Both the position numbers and the translations under genes were made by a program. A model generated the notes under the pieces. The model searched no databases. It saw only the letters and a list, made by a program, of their open reading frames with translations, and was not told where the DNA came from. A stretch of DNA of 64,000 nt from an uncultured Chloroflexia bacterium (lineage in GTDB: Bacteria > Chloroflexota > Limnocylindria > Limnocylindrales > CSP1-4), in contig CAVRGP010000013.1 in assembly GCA_963720755.1 (NCBI GenBank), positions 1 through 64,000 of the forward strand, read 5' to 3'. Positions within the stretch are counted from its first letter, which is position 1; each line of letters starts with the position of its first letter. This document shows positions 1 to 11,571 of the stretch, piece after piece.

Positions 1-3000
1 GCCGGTCGTGAAGACGGTGCCGTCGATGCCCTTGATGATGTTGCCGGTGTCGGTATCGGTGGTGACGTCGCACGAGCCGATATCGCCGACCCCGACGAAC
101 ACCGGATCGGTGCTCGGGGTCGTGTGGAAGGTCCAGGTCGGACCGGTCCGGGTCAGGCTGCCGTCACTGACGGAGACATACCACGCATAGGTCTGGCCGG
201 CACCGAGGCTCGGCCACAGGGTGCTGACATCGTCGCCCGACGTCACGCCCGAGAACTGGACCAATTCGGCGAAGTTTCCGCTGGCGAGCGGTCGGCCGTA
301 GAAGGTCACCGTCAGCGGATCGCCATCGGGATCGGACACGCCGACATCGAGGGTCGGCGAGGTGCCGACACCGGTCGCCCCATCGGCCGGACCATTGAGC
401 GTCGGGACGTTGGGGATCGTGTTGCCGGAGACGGACGCGAGCGCAGCGATCTCACCCGCCGACAGCGCGCGGTCGTAGATCCGGACATCGTCGACGGCGC
501 CTTGGAACATTCGATTCTATCCAGGATGGGCGGACCACCGACGCCGATGGCGAGGCTGTTCGTTGCGATCGGGCCGGCGAACGGTACCGAGCCCTGCTGG
601 ACGCCGTTGTAGTAAAGGCGGATGGTCGAGCCGTCCCAGGTGCCGGCGACGTGGATCCACGTATTTCCGTCGGTCGGATAGACGGTCGTGGACGTGGCGC
701 GATAGGTATCCCCACTGGAAGATTCGTCGAAGCGGATGAACGCCTTCTGCGGCGCGGTCGAGGTCGCGCCGGTGAGGCCGATCTCATAGCCGTTCGTCGA
801 TCCGGTGGTCGCCTTCTGGACGATCTGCTGCGGGACACTTGATGACCGGACCATCTCGGGCTTGACCCACGCCGCGATCGTGATCGCCGAGGTCAGGTCG
901 AGATCGCTGGAGTCGGGCGTCGTCGCGTACTGGCTCGTGCCGTCGAAATGCCGCGCATTCCCGTCCTGGCCGGTTACCCAGGTGGGGCTGCCGACCGCCG
1001 TTGCGTCGTTCGCGGGCGCCGTGCCCGTGTCATGGGCGACGGGGCCGCTCGTTTCGTCCATCGTCCAATGCACGATCGGGCCGGAGCCAGCCGGTGCCCC
1101 GTGCACCGTGCCGGTGCCCGAGTCAGTGAAGGTGCTGCCGTCGATCGGCAGGAAGACCCAGTCGTAGTGTCGCGTGGAGCGTGAGCTTGAAGATGCCGAA
1201 GTCGTGTTGTTGCGAACCTGGCTGGTGGCCAGCGGGTCGAGCCGAGGTTGTGGGCCCTCGCCGCCCGTGCCGACCGTGAACTGCCGGATCCCATAGTGGA
1301 TCGGCGACAGGCTGGGCGCCAGTGTTGCGCCCGACTTCATCGGTGCCAACCGCTCGTAGATGTGGTCGTGGCCGTCGAGCAGGATGTCGACGCCGGCCGC
1401 GTACAGGTCGTCCCACAGCGGCTGGAGCGCCTGGTAGTTGGTGGCCCTGAGCTGTAGCGCGGCTTGTGCCACAGGGCGATCACGTTCTTTGTGCTGTTGG
1501 CGGCGAGGTCGGCCTTGAGCCACAGCTCCTGCGGCGAACCCGCGGCGCACCCGCCCGGCACGACCTCGCACTCGCTGTCGAGGTTGACGATGTGCCAGTT
1601 GCTGTCGGATGTCGTAGCTGTAGTAGCTCGTGCCGCCGGCGTTCGCGTTCAGGCCGTAGTAGCCGAAGTAGCCGTCAAGGTTGTTCGGCGGTGCCGAGTG
1701 CCCCAGTCGTGGTTGCCCGGACCGGGTCGGTCGCGACAGGACCCGGGGTCGCCCCACGGGGTCGGGGCGTAGCAGTTCGCGAAGTCGGTCGCGGTGCCGT
1801 TGGCATAGACGTTGTCGCCGGTCGTGAAAACGTTGCCCTCGATGCCCTCGATGATGTTGCCCGCGGCCGTATCGGTGGTGACGGCGCACGAGCCGATGTC
1901 GCCGACGCCCACGAAGACGGGATCGGTGCCGGCGGGGGTGTGGAAGGTCCAGGTCGGGCCGGTGACGGTGGTGTCGGTGCCGTCGCTGACGGTGGCGTAC
2001 CACTCAAACGTCTGACCCTGCACCGAGGTCGGCCACAGGGTGGTATGTCGGTGCCCGAGGCGACGCTCGTGTACTGGCCAATCTGGGCGAAGTTGCCCCT
2101 CGCCAGCGGCCGGCCGAAGAAGGTGACCGTCAGCGGGTCGCCATCGGGATCGGTGACGTTGACATCGAGCGTCGGCGAGGTGCCGATACCGGTGGCCCCG
2201 TCCGCCGGGCGCTGTTGAGCGTCGGCGCATCGGGCGCAATGTTGCCGGGAGCCGGCGGCACGAAGCCAGCGACCCGGCAAACCGGTGCCGTTGATGGCGC
2301 CGTCGGCGGTCGGATCGAGTCGCCGACGACGTCGTCTCACCTCGTTGATCCCCCAGCGGGCCACGAGATCCGTGCCCGAGGTGAGTTCGAGATCCGGTTG
2401 TCGGAGATCTCTGAGCGGTGCGGGCAACGTTCCAGACCCGCGCCTCATCGATGACGCCGTCGAAGCAGCCCAGGTGGGAAGGCATGTCGCCGAATCATCG
2501 GTCGTGATCATCGTGCCCAGGCCCACGCCTGGGTCGAGTCTGATCGCGGCGCGGCACCCGGTGGGCAGGTGGTCGGGCACGTCAGGGTCTCGAGTGCCGT
2601 TTAGGTACAGCTTCCAGTTCGTGCCGTCGTAGGTGGCGGCGCGTGGTGCCAGCGTCGTTGAGGATCGGCGTGCTGCCCCTGACCGGATAGTTCTGGCCGC
2701 CTGGGTTCGCTTCGAAGTCGGCAGCGATTACGTTGCCGGTAGTGTTGATCCCCAGGAACCAGTTGGCGTCGACGTTCGAGTTCTCTGCCTCCGGCGCGCC
2801 ATGGGTCACCAGCGGGACGATCGTGATCCCGCCGCTTCCGGTCGTATTGGGTGTGCCGGTGCCGGTGCGCTTGAACCAGGTCTCGACGTGAACTGGCCGA
2901 GCCCGAGCTGTTGGACGGGTTGGTCACACGACGTACGAGTCGTGCTGAGCTGGAGGCCGGTACGTTCGCCGACGGCGCGAACTCGTAGGCGCCGCGGTCG

Positions 3001-6000
3001 TCGTAGGTGCGCGATCCTGCGCCGGTATCGGTCGTCGCTGGATCGTCGACACGGGCGTGCCCATCGAGGTCCGTGGCCGTCTCGTTCGACGCGCCCGAGT
3101 CGGCGCTGTCGATCGCCGGCGAGCCCTCGGTCAGGTGGTAGTCGCCGACGTTGACGGCGACGTTGAAGGGCGCAGCCGCGGGCCGTTGGGCGACCGCGGC
3201 CGGCGTGACGAACAGGGGATCGGCCTGGAGGCCGTGGACCTCCTGGCCGGACACCGCGGTCTGGAATGCAGCCAGGGAGGTATAGCTCGTGCCATTCCAC
3301 TGGATGTGGTTTGGGACGTGCCATCGGTCACGTCGATCAGGTCGTAGTCGAGTGTCGTTCCTGGTGATCGACCTGGCGTCGACACGGATGTTGGTCGCCT
3401 GGCCACTGGCCGTGCCGCCACCCACCTGGAGACGGAGTCCGTTGTCGATCGCGACGTTGTTGGCCAGCGGTCGCCCCGCTGGACGAACCCTCGAGGTTGA
3501 TCCCGGCCGTGACATTGCCCTGGACCGTGTTGCCGACGATCGTGTTCCCCGCAGCCGCATTGTCGTCGATCCCGTGGTCGCCGTTGCCGTAAGTGAGGTT
3601 GCCGATGACGACGTTGTTCTGCGGCGCTCGCGTAGAACTGAAGACCTGAGTCTTCATTGGCGTACGTCGTGTTGTGGATGATGGTGTTGCCATCGCTGCC
3701 GGCCCCGGTGACCTGGATGCCGGTCGCGTTGCGCTGCCACCCCTCGGCGTTCCCGTACGAGATGTTGTCGCTGACGACATTCCCCGACGATCCGCCGGTC
3801 AGGCGGATCCGTCGCTGCTGTTGTCGTGCGTGGTGTTCCCTGAGATCACAGAGTCGTCGGTATTCGTGAAGAAGATGCCCATCCGGGTGGAGCCCGAGAG
3901 CGGGCTCCCGGCCGAACTGACGTCGTTGTTCGAGATGGTGATGTGGTTGGACGTCCCGGCGTAGATCCCGTAGTCCACCGTGTCGGTGACTGTGAAGCCG
4001 TCGATCACGATGTAGCTCTTGCTCGTCATCCGGAACGCGTTGCCGGTCGCACTGCCATTGCCGGTCACGGTCACGCCAGGTGCACCGGAGTAGGTGATCG
4101 GGTTACCGGCGGTGCCTGAGTTCGGCCCATTGACCGTCTCGGCGTAGGTCCCCGCGAGGACTCGGACGGTCTTGCCCGCGGTGACCAGGCTGGCGGCCTT
4201 GCCGATCGTACAGAACGGCAGGGCGACCGAACCGGCTCCGGAGTCGGAGCAGCTGCCGTTGGTGTTGTCCACGTAGTAATCCGCCGGGCCCGCGGGGGCG
4301 CCGTGAACGCTCGCGGTGCCGGAGTCCGTGAAGGTCTGGCCGGCCATGGGCAGGAAGACCCAGTCGTACGAGGTCGGGTGGAGGGTGAGCTTGAGGACGC
4401 CATAGGTGCTGCCGCTGCCGACGACGGTCGTCGGCAGGGAGCCGTTGTACGACTGCAGCGATGCGCCACCGGTGCCGACCGTGAACTGGCGGATGCCATA
4501 GGCCGGATCCGACGCGCCGGACGCATTCATCGGGAGGATGCGTTCGTAGATGTGGTCGTGGCCGTCGAGCACGATGTCGACGCCGGCGGCGTAGATGTCG
4601 TCATAGAAGGCCTGGAGGGCCGTGTAGTTCGTGACGCCTGAGCTGAACCGTGGCTTGTGCCAGATGGCGATGACGTTCTTGGTGCCGTTGGCCGCGAGGT
4701 CGGCTTTCAGCCACAGCTCCTGTGCTGATCCGGACGCACACCCGCCGGGCACGAGCTGGCATTCGCTGTCGAGGTTGACGATGTGCCAATTGCTCGACGG
4801 ATGTCGTAGCTGTAGTAGCTCTTGCCGTTGGATCGGTCGCGTTCGCGCCGAAGTAGGTGTTGTACTGGGCAAGCGTTCGGAACGGACGGGACCTGGCCGG
4901 TACCCCAGTCGTGGTTGCCGGGGACGGGCCGGGTGCGCGCCTTGATCGTCCGCCCCAGGCTGCCTCGTAGCAGTTGGTGTAATTGTTCAGGGTGGTCCCG
5001 GTCGGGTAGACGTTGTCACCTGCGGTCCAGATGTTGCCATCGATCCCGGCGATGACGGCGCCGGTGGCCTCGTCCTGGGTCCGCCGCAATCCGCGATGTC
5101 GCCCGCGCCGACGAAGACCGGGTCGGTGCTCGCGGTGGTGTGGAACGTCCAGGTCGGACCGGTGACAGCGGTGTGGGTCGCGTCCTTGACGGTCGCGTAC
5201 CACTCGAATGTCTGGCCGGCGCCGATATTCGCCCACGACGTGGTCGTGTCCGTCCCGGACGCGACGCCCGTGTTCTGGCCGATTTGGGCGAAGTTGCCGC
5301 TGGCGAGCGGTCGTCCGAAGAAGGTAACTGTAAGCGGATCGCCATCAGGGTCGCTGACGTGGACGTCGAGGGTCGGCGAGGTGTCAATTCCTGTGGCGGC
5401 GTTGGCCGGACTATTTACGGTCGGGGCGTTGGGGGCGCTGTTACTGGGCGCGGCCACTGGGAACCCCGCGACCCATGAGGTCCCCGCGCCCTGAATGGAG
5501 CCGTCGGCAGCCGGGTCCGCGACTGTGTCGATCGAGTCGGCGATCGTTCGTGCCGGAGCCGTCATCAAGACCCCAGCGCGCGACGAGGCCGGTGCCGGAG
5601 GTGAGCTCGAGGTTCATGTTGTCGGTGATGTCGGTCGCCGATCCGGGCATGGTCCCAGACCCGGGCTTCGTCGAGGACGCCTTCGAACCGGCCGGCGGTC
5701 GGGCCGAGGGTGCCGGACTGGATCATGGCGCCCATCGCGACCGGCTGGATCGAGTCCCAGCGCGGGTGGAAGCCGGGGTCTACGCTGGCCTCGAGGTTGC
5801 CGTCGAGATAGACGGCGAAGGTCGTCCCGTCGAACGTGGCTGCAGCGTGATGCCAACATCGTTGTCGGTGATGGGCGTCGTGCCGCTGATCGGGGCGTTC
5901 TGGCCGGTCGTGGGCGGGTCGTCGATCCCTTCGAAGTCGGCCGCGATCACGGATGCCGGGTTCGTCGTGTCGATACCCAGGATCCAGTTGGCGTCGACGT

Positions 6001-7357
6001 TCGAGCCCTCGGCCTGCGCGGCACCGTGGGTCAGGAGCGGGACGAGGTTGGTGATCCCGCCGTTGCCGGTCGTGCTGGCGACGCCCGGTCCGGTCCGCTT
6101 GAACCAGGTCTCGATGGTGAACTGCTGGAGGCCCAGCTTGGCCGGGACGCCCAGTCGCGAGCGTACGTGCCGCCATCGAAGGCGAGCCCGATGTTGCCGA
6201 CCACCAACGACACGGTGACGGTATTCGAGTCATCTGTTCCGTCGTTGGCCTTGTAGGTGAAGCTGTCGGGACCGTTGTAGCCGGAGTCGGGGTCGTACGT
6301 GAATCCTCCGTCCGCGTGCGAGCGTCAGGGTGCCGTGCGCGACATCGTCCACGAGGACGGCGGTCAGCGGTCGCCGTCGGCGTCGGTGTCGTTGCCGAGG
6401 ACGCCCGGAGCGGCGACGACCAATTGGTGTGTTCTTCGGAGTCGAGTAAGCCTTCGGCGGCGGCGACCGGTGGGTTGTTCGGCGGTGGCGCGTTGAAGCC
6501 CGGCGACCCACGAGGAGCCGGCGCCGGTGACGGTGCCGTCGGCCGCCGGGTCCGCGACTGTGTCGATCGAATCGGCGACGTTCGTCCCCGAGCCGTCGTC
6601 AAGACCCCAGCGCGCGACGAGGCCGGTGCCGGTGGTGAGCTCGATGTCCTTGTCGGCGTTGATCTCGGTCGCCGGTTCGGGCATGGTCCCAGACCCGGGC
6701 TTCGTCGAGGACGCCGTCGAACCGACCGGCGGTCGGGCCGAGGGCGCCGGACTGGATCATGGCGCCCATCGCGACCGGCTGGATCGAGTCCCAGCGCGGG
6801 TGGAAGCCGGGGTCGACGCTGGCCTCGAGGTTGCCGTCGAGATAGACGGCGAAGGTCGTGCCGTCGAACGTAGCAGCCGCGTGATGCCACACGTCGTTGG
6901 TGATGGCGCGTCGTGCCGCTGATCGGGGCGTTCTGACCGGTCGTGGGCGGGTCGTCGATCCCTTCGAAGTCGGCCGCGATCACGATCCGGGTTCGTCGTG
7001 TCGATACCCAGGATCCAGTTGGCGTCGACATTCGAGCCCTCGGCCTGCGCGGCACCGTGGGTCAGGAGCGGGACGAGGTTGGTGATCCCGCCGTTGCCGT
7101 CGTGCTGGCGACGCCCGGTCCGGTCCGCTTGAACCAGGTCTCGATGGTGAACTGCTGGAGACCGAGCTTGGCCGGGAAGCCGAAGGTCGCGTATGCGTTC
7201 GTGCCGCCATTCCGAAGGCGAGCCCGATGTTGCCGGCAGCCGAAACTGGCGTTGGTGCGACCGTTCCGATCGAGCCGATCGAGGTCGCGGCAAGGAGGAA
7301 AGCGAACAGGGCTGATCCCAGCCGGGCCGTGCGAGGACGGCCGCGCACAACACGCAT
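1..7357 (-). CDS. Giant secreted modular surface protein (LamG-like x4, Ig-like + metallophosphoesterase x3 or more, right-handed beta-helix, tandem-95/Big_9 module); many frameshifts; 3' end outside window
   Basis: ATG at 7357 with GAGGTG upstream and a signal peptide (MRVVRGRPRTARLGSALFAFLLAA...). Pieces in different frames join into LamG motifs (FTIETWFKR, WHHAAATFDG, FDGVLDEARVW), phosphoesterase motifs (GVGDI, TGDNVY, PGNHDW, WHKP, GHDHIYER), a beta-helix start (YYVDNTNGSCSD...LPFCTIGKAA) and PGVLGNDTDADGD. Confidence 0.8.
4300..5440 (-). repeat. [Ig-like + metallophosphoesterase] unit; related copies at ~1090-2240, ~1-420 (partial) and ~8950-9340 (partial)
   Basis: Recurring peptide pattern TSPTLDVxVSDPDGDPLTVTFxGRPLASGNFAQIGQ...WYATVxD...TGPTWTFHT...DPVFVGxGDI. 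Confidence 0.85.
5501..6200 (-). repeat. LamG-domain internal repeat, copy B
   Basis: Long near-identical DNA runs shared with 6536-7240, e.g. gggtccgcgactgtgtcgatcga...caagaccccagcgcgcgacgaggccggtgccgg and ggcatggtcccagacccgggcttcgtcgaggacgcc. Confidence 0.9.
6536..7240 (-). repeat. LamG-domain internal repeat, copy A
   Basis: Near-identical to 5501-6200 by visual alignment. Confidence 0.9.
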
Positions 7358-7656
7358 CGAGGGGCACCTCAAGTATGATGGTCGACCATTCGGTCGGATG
7401 AGATCCTTGCCGGGTGACTAACGTGCCACCTTGCAACCTGGGATGGAGCGGTCAGGGTACGACAGTCCTGCAGAGATTGGTACCCCTGTCGCCAACCATC
7501 GGTGCAAAAGCGCACCACGCTCGATCTGGGCCCGATGAGAGGGCCCGACCACCGTGAAACTAAGGCTGATGTGCGCGACTCGGGCCGCCGAAGGTCCTGC
7601 CCCGGGCTGGTCAGCCGGCGGCCAGGGTCTCGATCTCGTCGCCGAGGGCGACTAGG

Positions 7657-7939
7657 TATAGAACTGACGGACATGGTGTACATATCGGGTCCCCTGGCGA
7701 AGAGGAGGACCGATGACCGAACGGGAGCTGGACCGACGAGCTGCGCACCGGCTGGCGATCATCCGCCATGCCGAGGAGGTGACCGGCAACGTCTCGAAGA
7801 CGTGCCGCTATTACGGCATCAGCCGACAGGCTTACTACAAGTGGCTCCGCCGCTATGAGGAAGGTGGCCTGGACGCGTTGCGGGATCGATCGTCGAGGCC
7901 ACACGAGAGCCCGAGGACCACACAGGTCGAGGTCGTCGG
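7657..7939 (+). mobile_element. IS481-family transposase 5' fragment (HTH only), with a probable left end near 7657
   Basis: RBS GAGGAGG, then ATG 7713: ...GNVSKTCRYYGISRQAYYKWLRRYEEGGLDALRDRSSRPHESP. Similarity stops after EVVG (~7939) and there is no DDE domain. The left-end position is tentative. Confidence 0.75.
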
Positions 7940-8538
7940 GTCTCGTCGAGGTCGCCGCGCAGGGCGTAGAAGCAGGCCAGGTTGTAGCGGGCGTAGTCAG
8001 TCGCCCGGGTCGGCCAGTCGTCATCCAGGCTGGCCTCGAAGGCCTCGGCCAGTTCGGTCACCCGGGCCTCCATCCCGACCCGCGCGGCGACGGCCGGCAG
8101 GTGGGCCAAACCGTGTTCCGGGCCGTTGCCCAGGATCGATCCGCTGACCCGGGGCTCTTCCAGGGTCTCGTCCGATGCTGCCTGGGTCGCGGCCAACAGG
8201 TCGGTCATGGCCTGGTCGGCATCGGCCCGGACATCGTCCCACGGCGAGTCGGCTCGCTCGGCATGGAAGACGGCGTTCTGCTCGTCGGTCTCGACGGTCT
8301 CGGGGCGGCTCGTCGCGACCCTCGCGGATCGCGGTCAGCCGCTCTGTCTGGTGCCGCTTCCAGGCCGACAGGTGGGCCTGGACATCCTTGGCCGACCAGC
8401 CGCCATCTGCGGCCGGAGCGTCTCGATCGGCCGGCTCGAAGGCATCGAAGGTAGCCCGCTCCGTTTCGCGGGTCGCACGGTGGGAAGCCATCAGGCCGGG
8501 CCGGAGGCCGTCGCGGTGGTGTCGTCCGGGTTCGTCAT
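7940..8538 (-). pseudogene. DinB/ClbS-DfsB-like four-helix protein with C-terminal TPR; frameshifted and 3'-truncated
   Basis: GWSAKDVQAHLSAWK motif, GNGPEHGLAHL, and a TPR-like YARYNLACFYALRGDLDE cut at the IS481 junction. Confidence 0.6.
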
Positions 8539-8594
8539 CGGCGCATCGTGGCGGGGCCCCGACCGGGGAGTGCGGTCCGGACCACGATCCGACC

Positions 8595-8905
8595 TCAGAC
8601 TGCGGCGGCCTCCGGATCCGTCACGACCGTGGCAATCCCTCGAGGAGCAGATCCGTCCAGGTCCAGGCCGCCCCCTGGTGCTTGCCGAGCGCCCCGTGCC
8701 GGGCCGCCTCGACCCGCAAGCGGCAGTCCGAAGATCTCGATGAACCCGACCGCCGACGCGTGGTCGATCGCATCGCCCTCTTCGTAGGTGGCCAGGCTCT
8801 TGTCGTACAGCGACATCGGGGAGCGGTACCCGACGACTACGGCCGAGCCATGGTCCAGGCGGACGTGGACCTCGCCCGGCACGACCCGCTGCGGAACGAA
8901 GCGCC
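8595..8905 (-). pseudogene. argG: Argininosuccinate synthase C-terminal fragment
   Basis: QRVVPGEVHVRLDHGSAVVVGYRSPMSLYDKSLATYEEGDAIDHASAVGFIEIFGLP matches the ArgG C-terminus. The N-terminal ~300 aa are missing. Confidence 0.75.
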
Positions 8906-8940
8906 GGCGGCAAGCCCTGCTCTCTCCTGGGTCGCCGAAC

Positions 8941-9468
8941 CTACGTCTCGATCGCACCGATGACCGCCCCGGTCGCCTCATCTTGTGATCGGCCGCAGTC
9001 GGCGATGTCGCCGGCGCCGACAAAGACCGGGTCCGAGCCCGGTGCCGTGTGGAAGGTCCAGGTCGGACCAGTCGTGGTCAGGTTGCCGTCACTGACCGTC
9101 ACATACCACTGGTATGTCTGGCCGGAGCCTAGGCTGGGCCAACTCGTCGTGTCGCTGCCACCTGAGGCGACCCCGGTGTGCTGCGTCCCGATCTGGGTGT
9201 AATTGCCGCTCGCGTAGGGACGCCCGAAGTAGGTCACCGTCAGCGTATCGCCCTCCGGGTCCGACACGCCTACGTCCAATGTCGGTGAGGTGCTGATCCC
9301 GGTTGCGGCGTTCGCGGGGCTATGGAGGGTCGGTGTATTCGGGGCGGCCCCGGCCGCCGCCACCGAGACCGGAGCGACCGCGACGAGTGCGCCCATCAGG
9401 AGGAGCGTCTGCAGGACGGCGAACAGTCGGAACGTGGCGCGCCTACGCCGGGTCGTCGAAGTCAACAC
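8941..9468 (-). pseudogene. Truncated secreted protein: signal peptide + Ig-like module + start of a metallophosphoesterase (paralog of the giant gene)
   Basis: TTRRRRATFRLFAVLQTLLLMGALVAVA signal peptide and the same repeat unit, cut just after GAGDIADCG. Confidence 0.7.
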
Positions 9469-9546
9469 CGATAGGGCCCCCAGATGAGTGCGATCGTGCC
9501 TCGGGACGGATGAAATGGCATCGAGGCGAACGAGGAGGCGACCATG

Positions 9547-9579
9547 GACCTACATAGGACGATAGGTCAAGTTACCTAT
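9547..9579. promoter_or_regulatory. Candidate transcription-factor operator with nested inverted repeats
   Basis: GACCTA(9547-52)...TAGGTC(9563-68) and ATAGGT(9562-67)-N6-ACCTAT(9574-79) in an AT-richer patch upstream of the 9468 gene. Confidence 0.4.
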
Positions 9580-9598
9580 AGCCGATACGGTACCCTTG

Positions 9599-9618
9599 CC
9601 GGTGCCTGCTGGCACCGG
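9599..9618 (-). terminator. GC hairpin downstream of the sugar transferase
   Basis: CCGGTGCC-TGCT-GGCACCGG perfect 8-bp stem; no clear U-tract. Confidence 0.4.
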
Positions 9619-9651
9619 AAGTGCCGCGCGCCCGCGGACCTCGCCGAAGGT

Positions 9652-11062
9652 CTAGGTACCGGTCCGCAGGATGACGGCCGGGATCGTCCGGAGCAGGATC
9701 TTGAAGTCGAGCAGGATCGACCACCGGTCGATGTAGGCGAGATCGCGCTCCACCCAGTGGTCGAACTCCGGCCGGTGGCGCGCCTCGACCTGCCAGAGCC
9801 CGGTGATCCCCGGTTTCATGCTCAATCGCCGGCGATGCCAGATGTCGTAGGCCGCGACCTCCGCGACGAGCGGTGGCCGAGGCCCGACCAGGCTCATCTC
9901 GCCCTTCAGGACGTTCCAGAGCTGGGGCAGCTCGTCGAGGCTCGTCGCGCGCAAGGTGCGTCCCGTCGGGGTGACTCGCGGGTCATCCGTTGCCTTGAAG
10001 GTGACCGTGGCGCGCTCATTGAGGTGCAGTACCTCGGGAAGGCGCTCCTCCGCATCCGGGACCATCGTCCGGAACTTGTGGATCGTGAACGGGCGGCCAT
10101 GGAGCCCGACGCGACGCTGGTGGAAGAGGACCGGCGAGCCCTCGCGCAGCCGCAGCACGACCGCGGTGCCGAGGATCAGTGGGCTCAGGATCACGAGCCC
10201 GATGGTCGCACCGACGATATCGATCAGCCGTTTCGCGACCAGCGCGACCTCGTGCCGCTCATCGGTGATGATGGTCTGGACGAGGAAGCCCTCGAACTCC
10301 TCCTCCTGCACACTGGCGAGCCTGCCTCGCGTTGGGTCGATCGGGAACCGGACGGTCTTGCCCTCATCGGCGGCCAGCCGGGCGACCGGATCGAGCCACT
10401 TCGTCTCCCCGGACTGCAGACAGACGGCGACCTCGTCGATGACCCGGTCGTGGAAGATCGCCGCGATGTCCTGGACGTCGCCCAGGACGGGTCGCGAAAC
10501 GACGCTGCCGGCTTCATCCGGCGTCGACAGATGGCCGATCACGTCGAGCCCGAGCCCCGGACGACTCTCCACGCTGTTCGCGAAGGCTTCGGCGAACGCG
10601 CTGGTGCCGACGATGAGCATGTACTGGGTGTTGCGCCCACGTCGTCGGATGGCGGCGAACCCGCTCCGAAGGATGGCTCGCCCGGCCAGCGTCACGGCCG
10701 GCAACGCGATCGAGCAACAGCAGCAGGTAGAGGCGACTGACGTACGCCTGCTTGAAGAACCACAGCGCGGACATCGACACCACCGCCACCAGGACGGTCG
10801 CCCGGATGATGCCGTAGGCTTCGGTCGACAGGCGCCAGCGGGCTCGAAGTCGATACAGGCCCTGTGACCAGAGTGCGACGACCCAGACGATCCCGAAGAT
10901 GGCGGTCGCCAGATTGATGTCGATCCCGAGTCGCGACCAGATCTGCGAGGACTCGCCGTCGCCGAAGCGGATGACCGAAACGAGCATCGTGAGGACGACC
11001 GCGACGACCCAGTCGCCGACCATGAGGGCGACCCGGAGCGCCATGAGGTGGCGTCTGATCAT
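9652..11062 (-). CDS. Polyprenyl-phosphate sugar phosphotransferase (WcaJ/CpsE-like); one frameshift near 10710
   Basis: N-terminal TM helices (10514..11101 frame) plus KRLIDIVGA, KFRTM, DDPRVT, SLDELPQLWNVLKGEMSLVGPRP and KPGITGLWQV. Confidence 0.9.
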
Positions 11063-11163
11063 GCCATCGCGAACCCCGTTGATCGCGGACGGCCGGCGCA
11101 ACCGTCCGGCGCGCCTGCCTTCGCTAGATGATAGTCCTCACGGGCACCGCTATCCTGCCCGGG

Positions 11164-11571
11164 ATGGACACCGATCCGCCGGGTCCGGTCGCGGCCCCGC
11201 GCTACCTGCTGCTTGCCTGGGCTCCCCGTCGTCGGCTGGGCCGCACTGATCTTCATCCTCTCGGCGCAGCCCGGCTTGACCTTCGTCCCGGATGCAGGGC
11301 TGGACTTCGTCGTCCGGAAGCTCGGCCACATGGCCGTCTTCGGGATCCTGGCGCTGCTGCTGTGGAGAGCGCTGGCGGACACCACCGGCCTGCGCCGGCC
11401 GTGGCTCTGGGCGATCGTTCTGGCGATTGCCTATGCCGCGACGGACGAGCTGCACCAGGGGTTCGTGTCCGGACGCCATCCATCGGCGGTAGACGTGGCG
11501 ATCGATGCCATCGGGGTGCTCATCGCCGTATTCGCCGTCCGCCTCATGCGGGCGCGCGCGCCTGGGTCAGT
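11164..11571 (+). CDS. VanZ-family membrane protein (frameshift near 11220; 3' end uncertain)
   Basis: WAALIFILSAQP...RKLGHMAVFGIL...YAATDELHQGFVSGRHPSAVDVAID. Confidence 0.8.

Noticed and set aside
5501-7240. Near-identical repeats as the template/variable pair of a diversity-generating retroelement
   Set aside because: No reverse transcriptase in the window. Both copies are coding domains of one gene, and the differences do not look adenine-specific.
1-7357. Programmed frameshifting or phase variation in the giant gene
   Set aside because: The indels are numerous and scattered, with no consistent slippery tract, and neighbouring genes show the same pattern. Sequencing error is the simpler explanation.
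7528-7570. Hammerhead-like CCGATGA...GAAAC
   Set aside because: The core is not CUGAUGA, and the intervening stem II does not pair properly.
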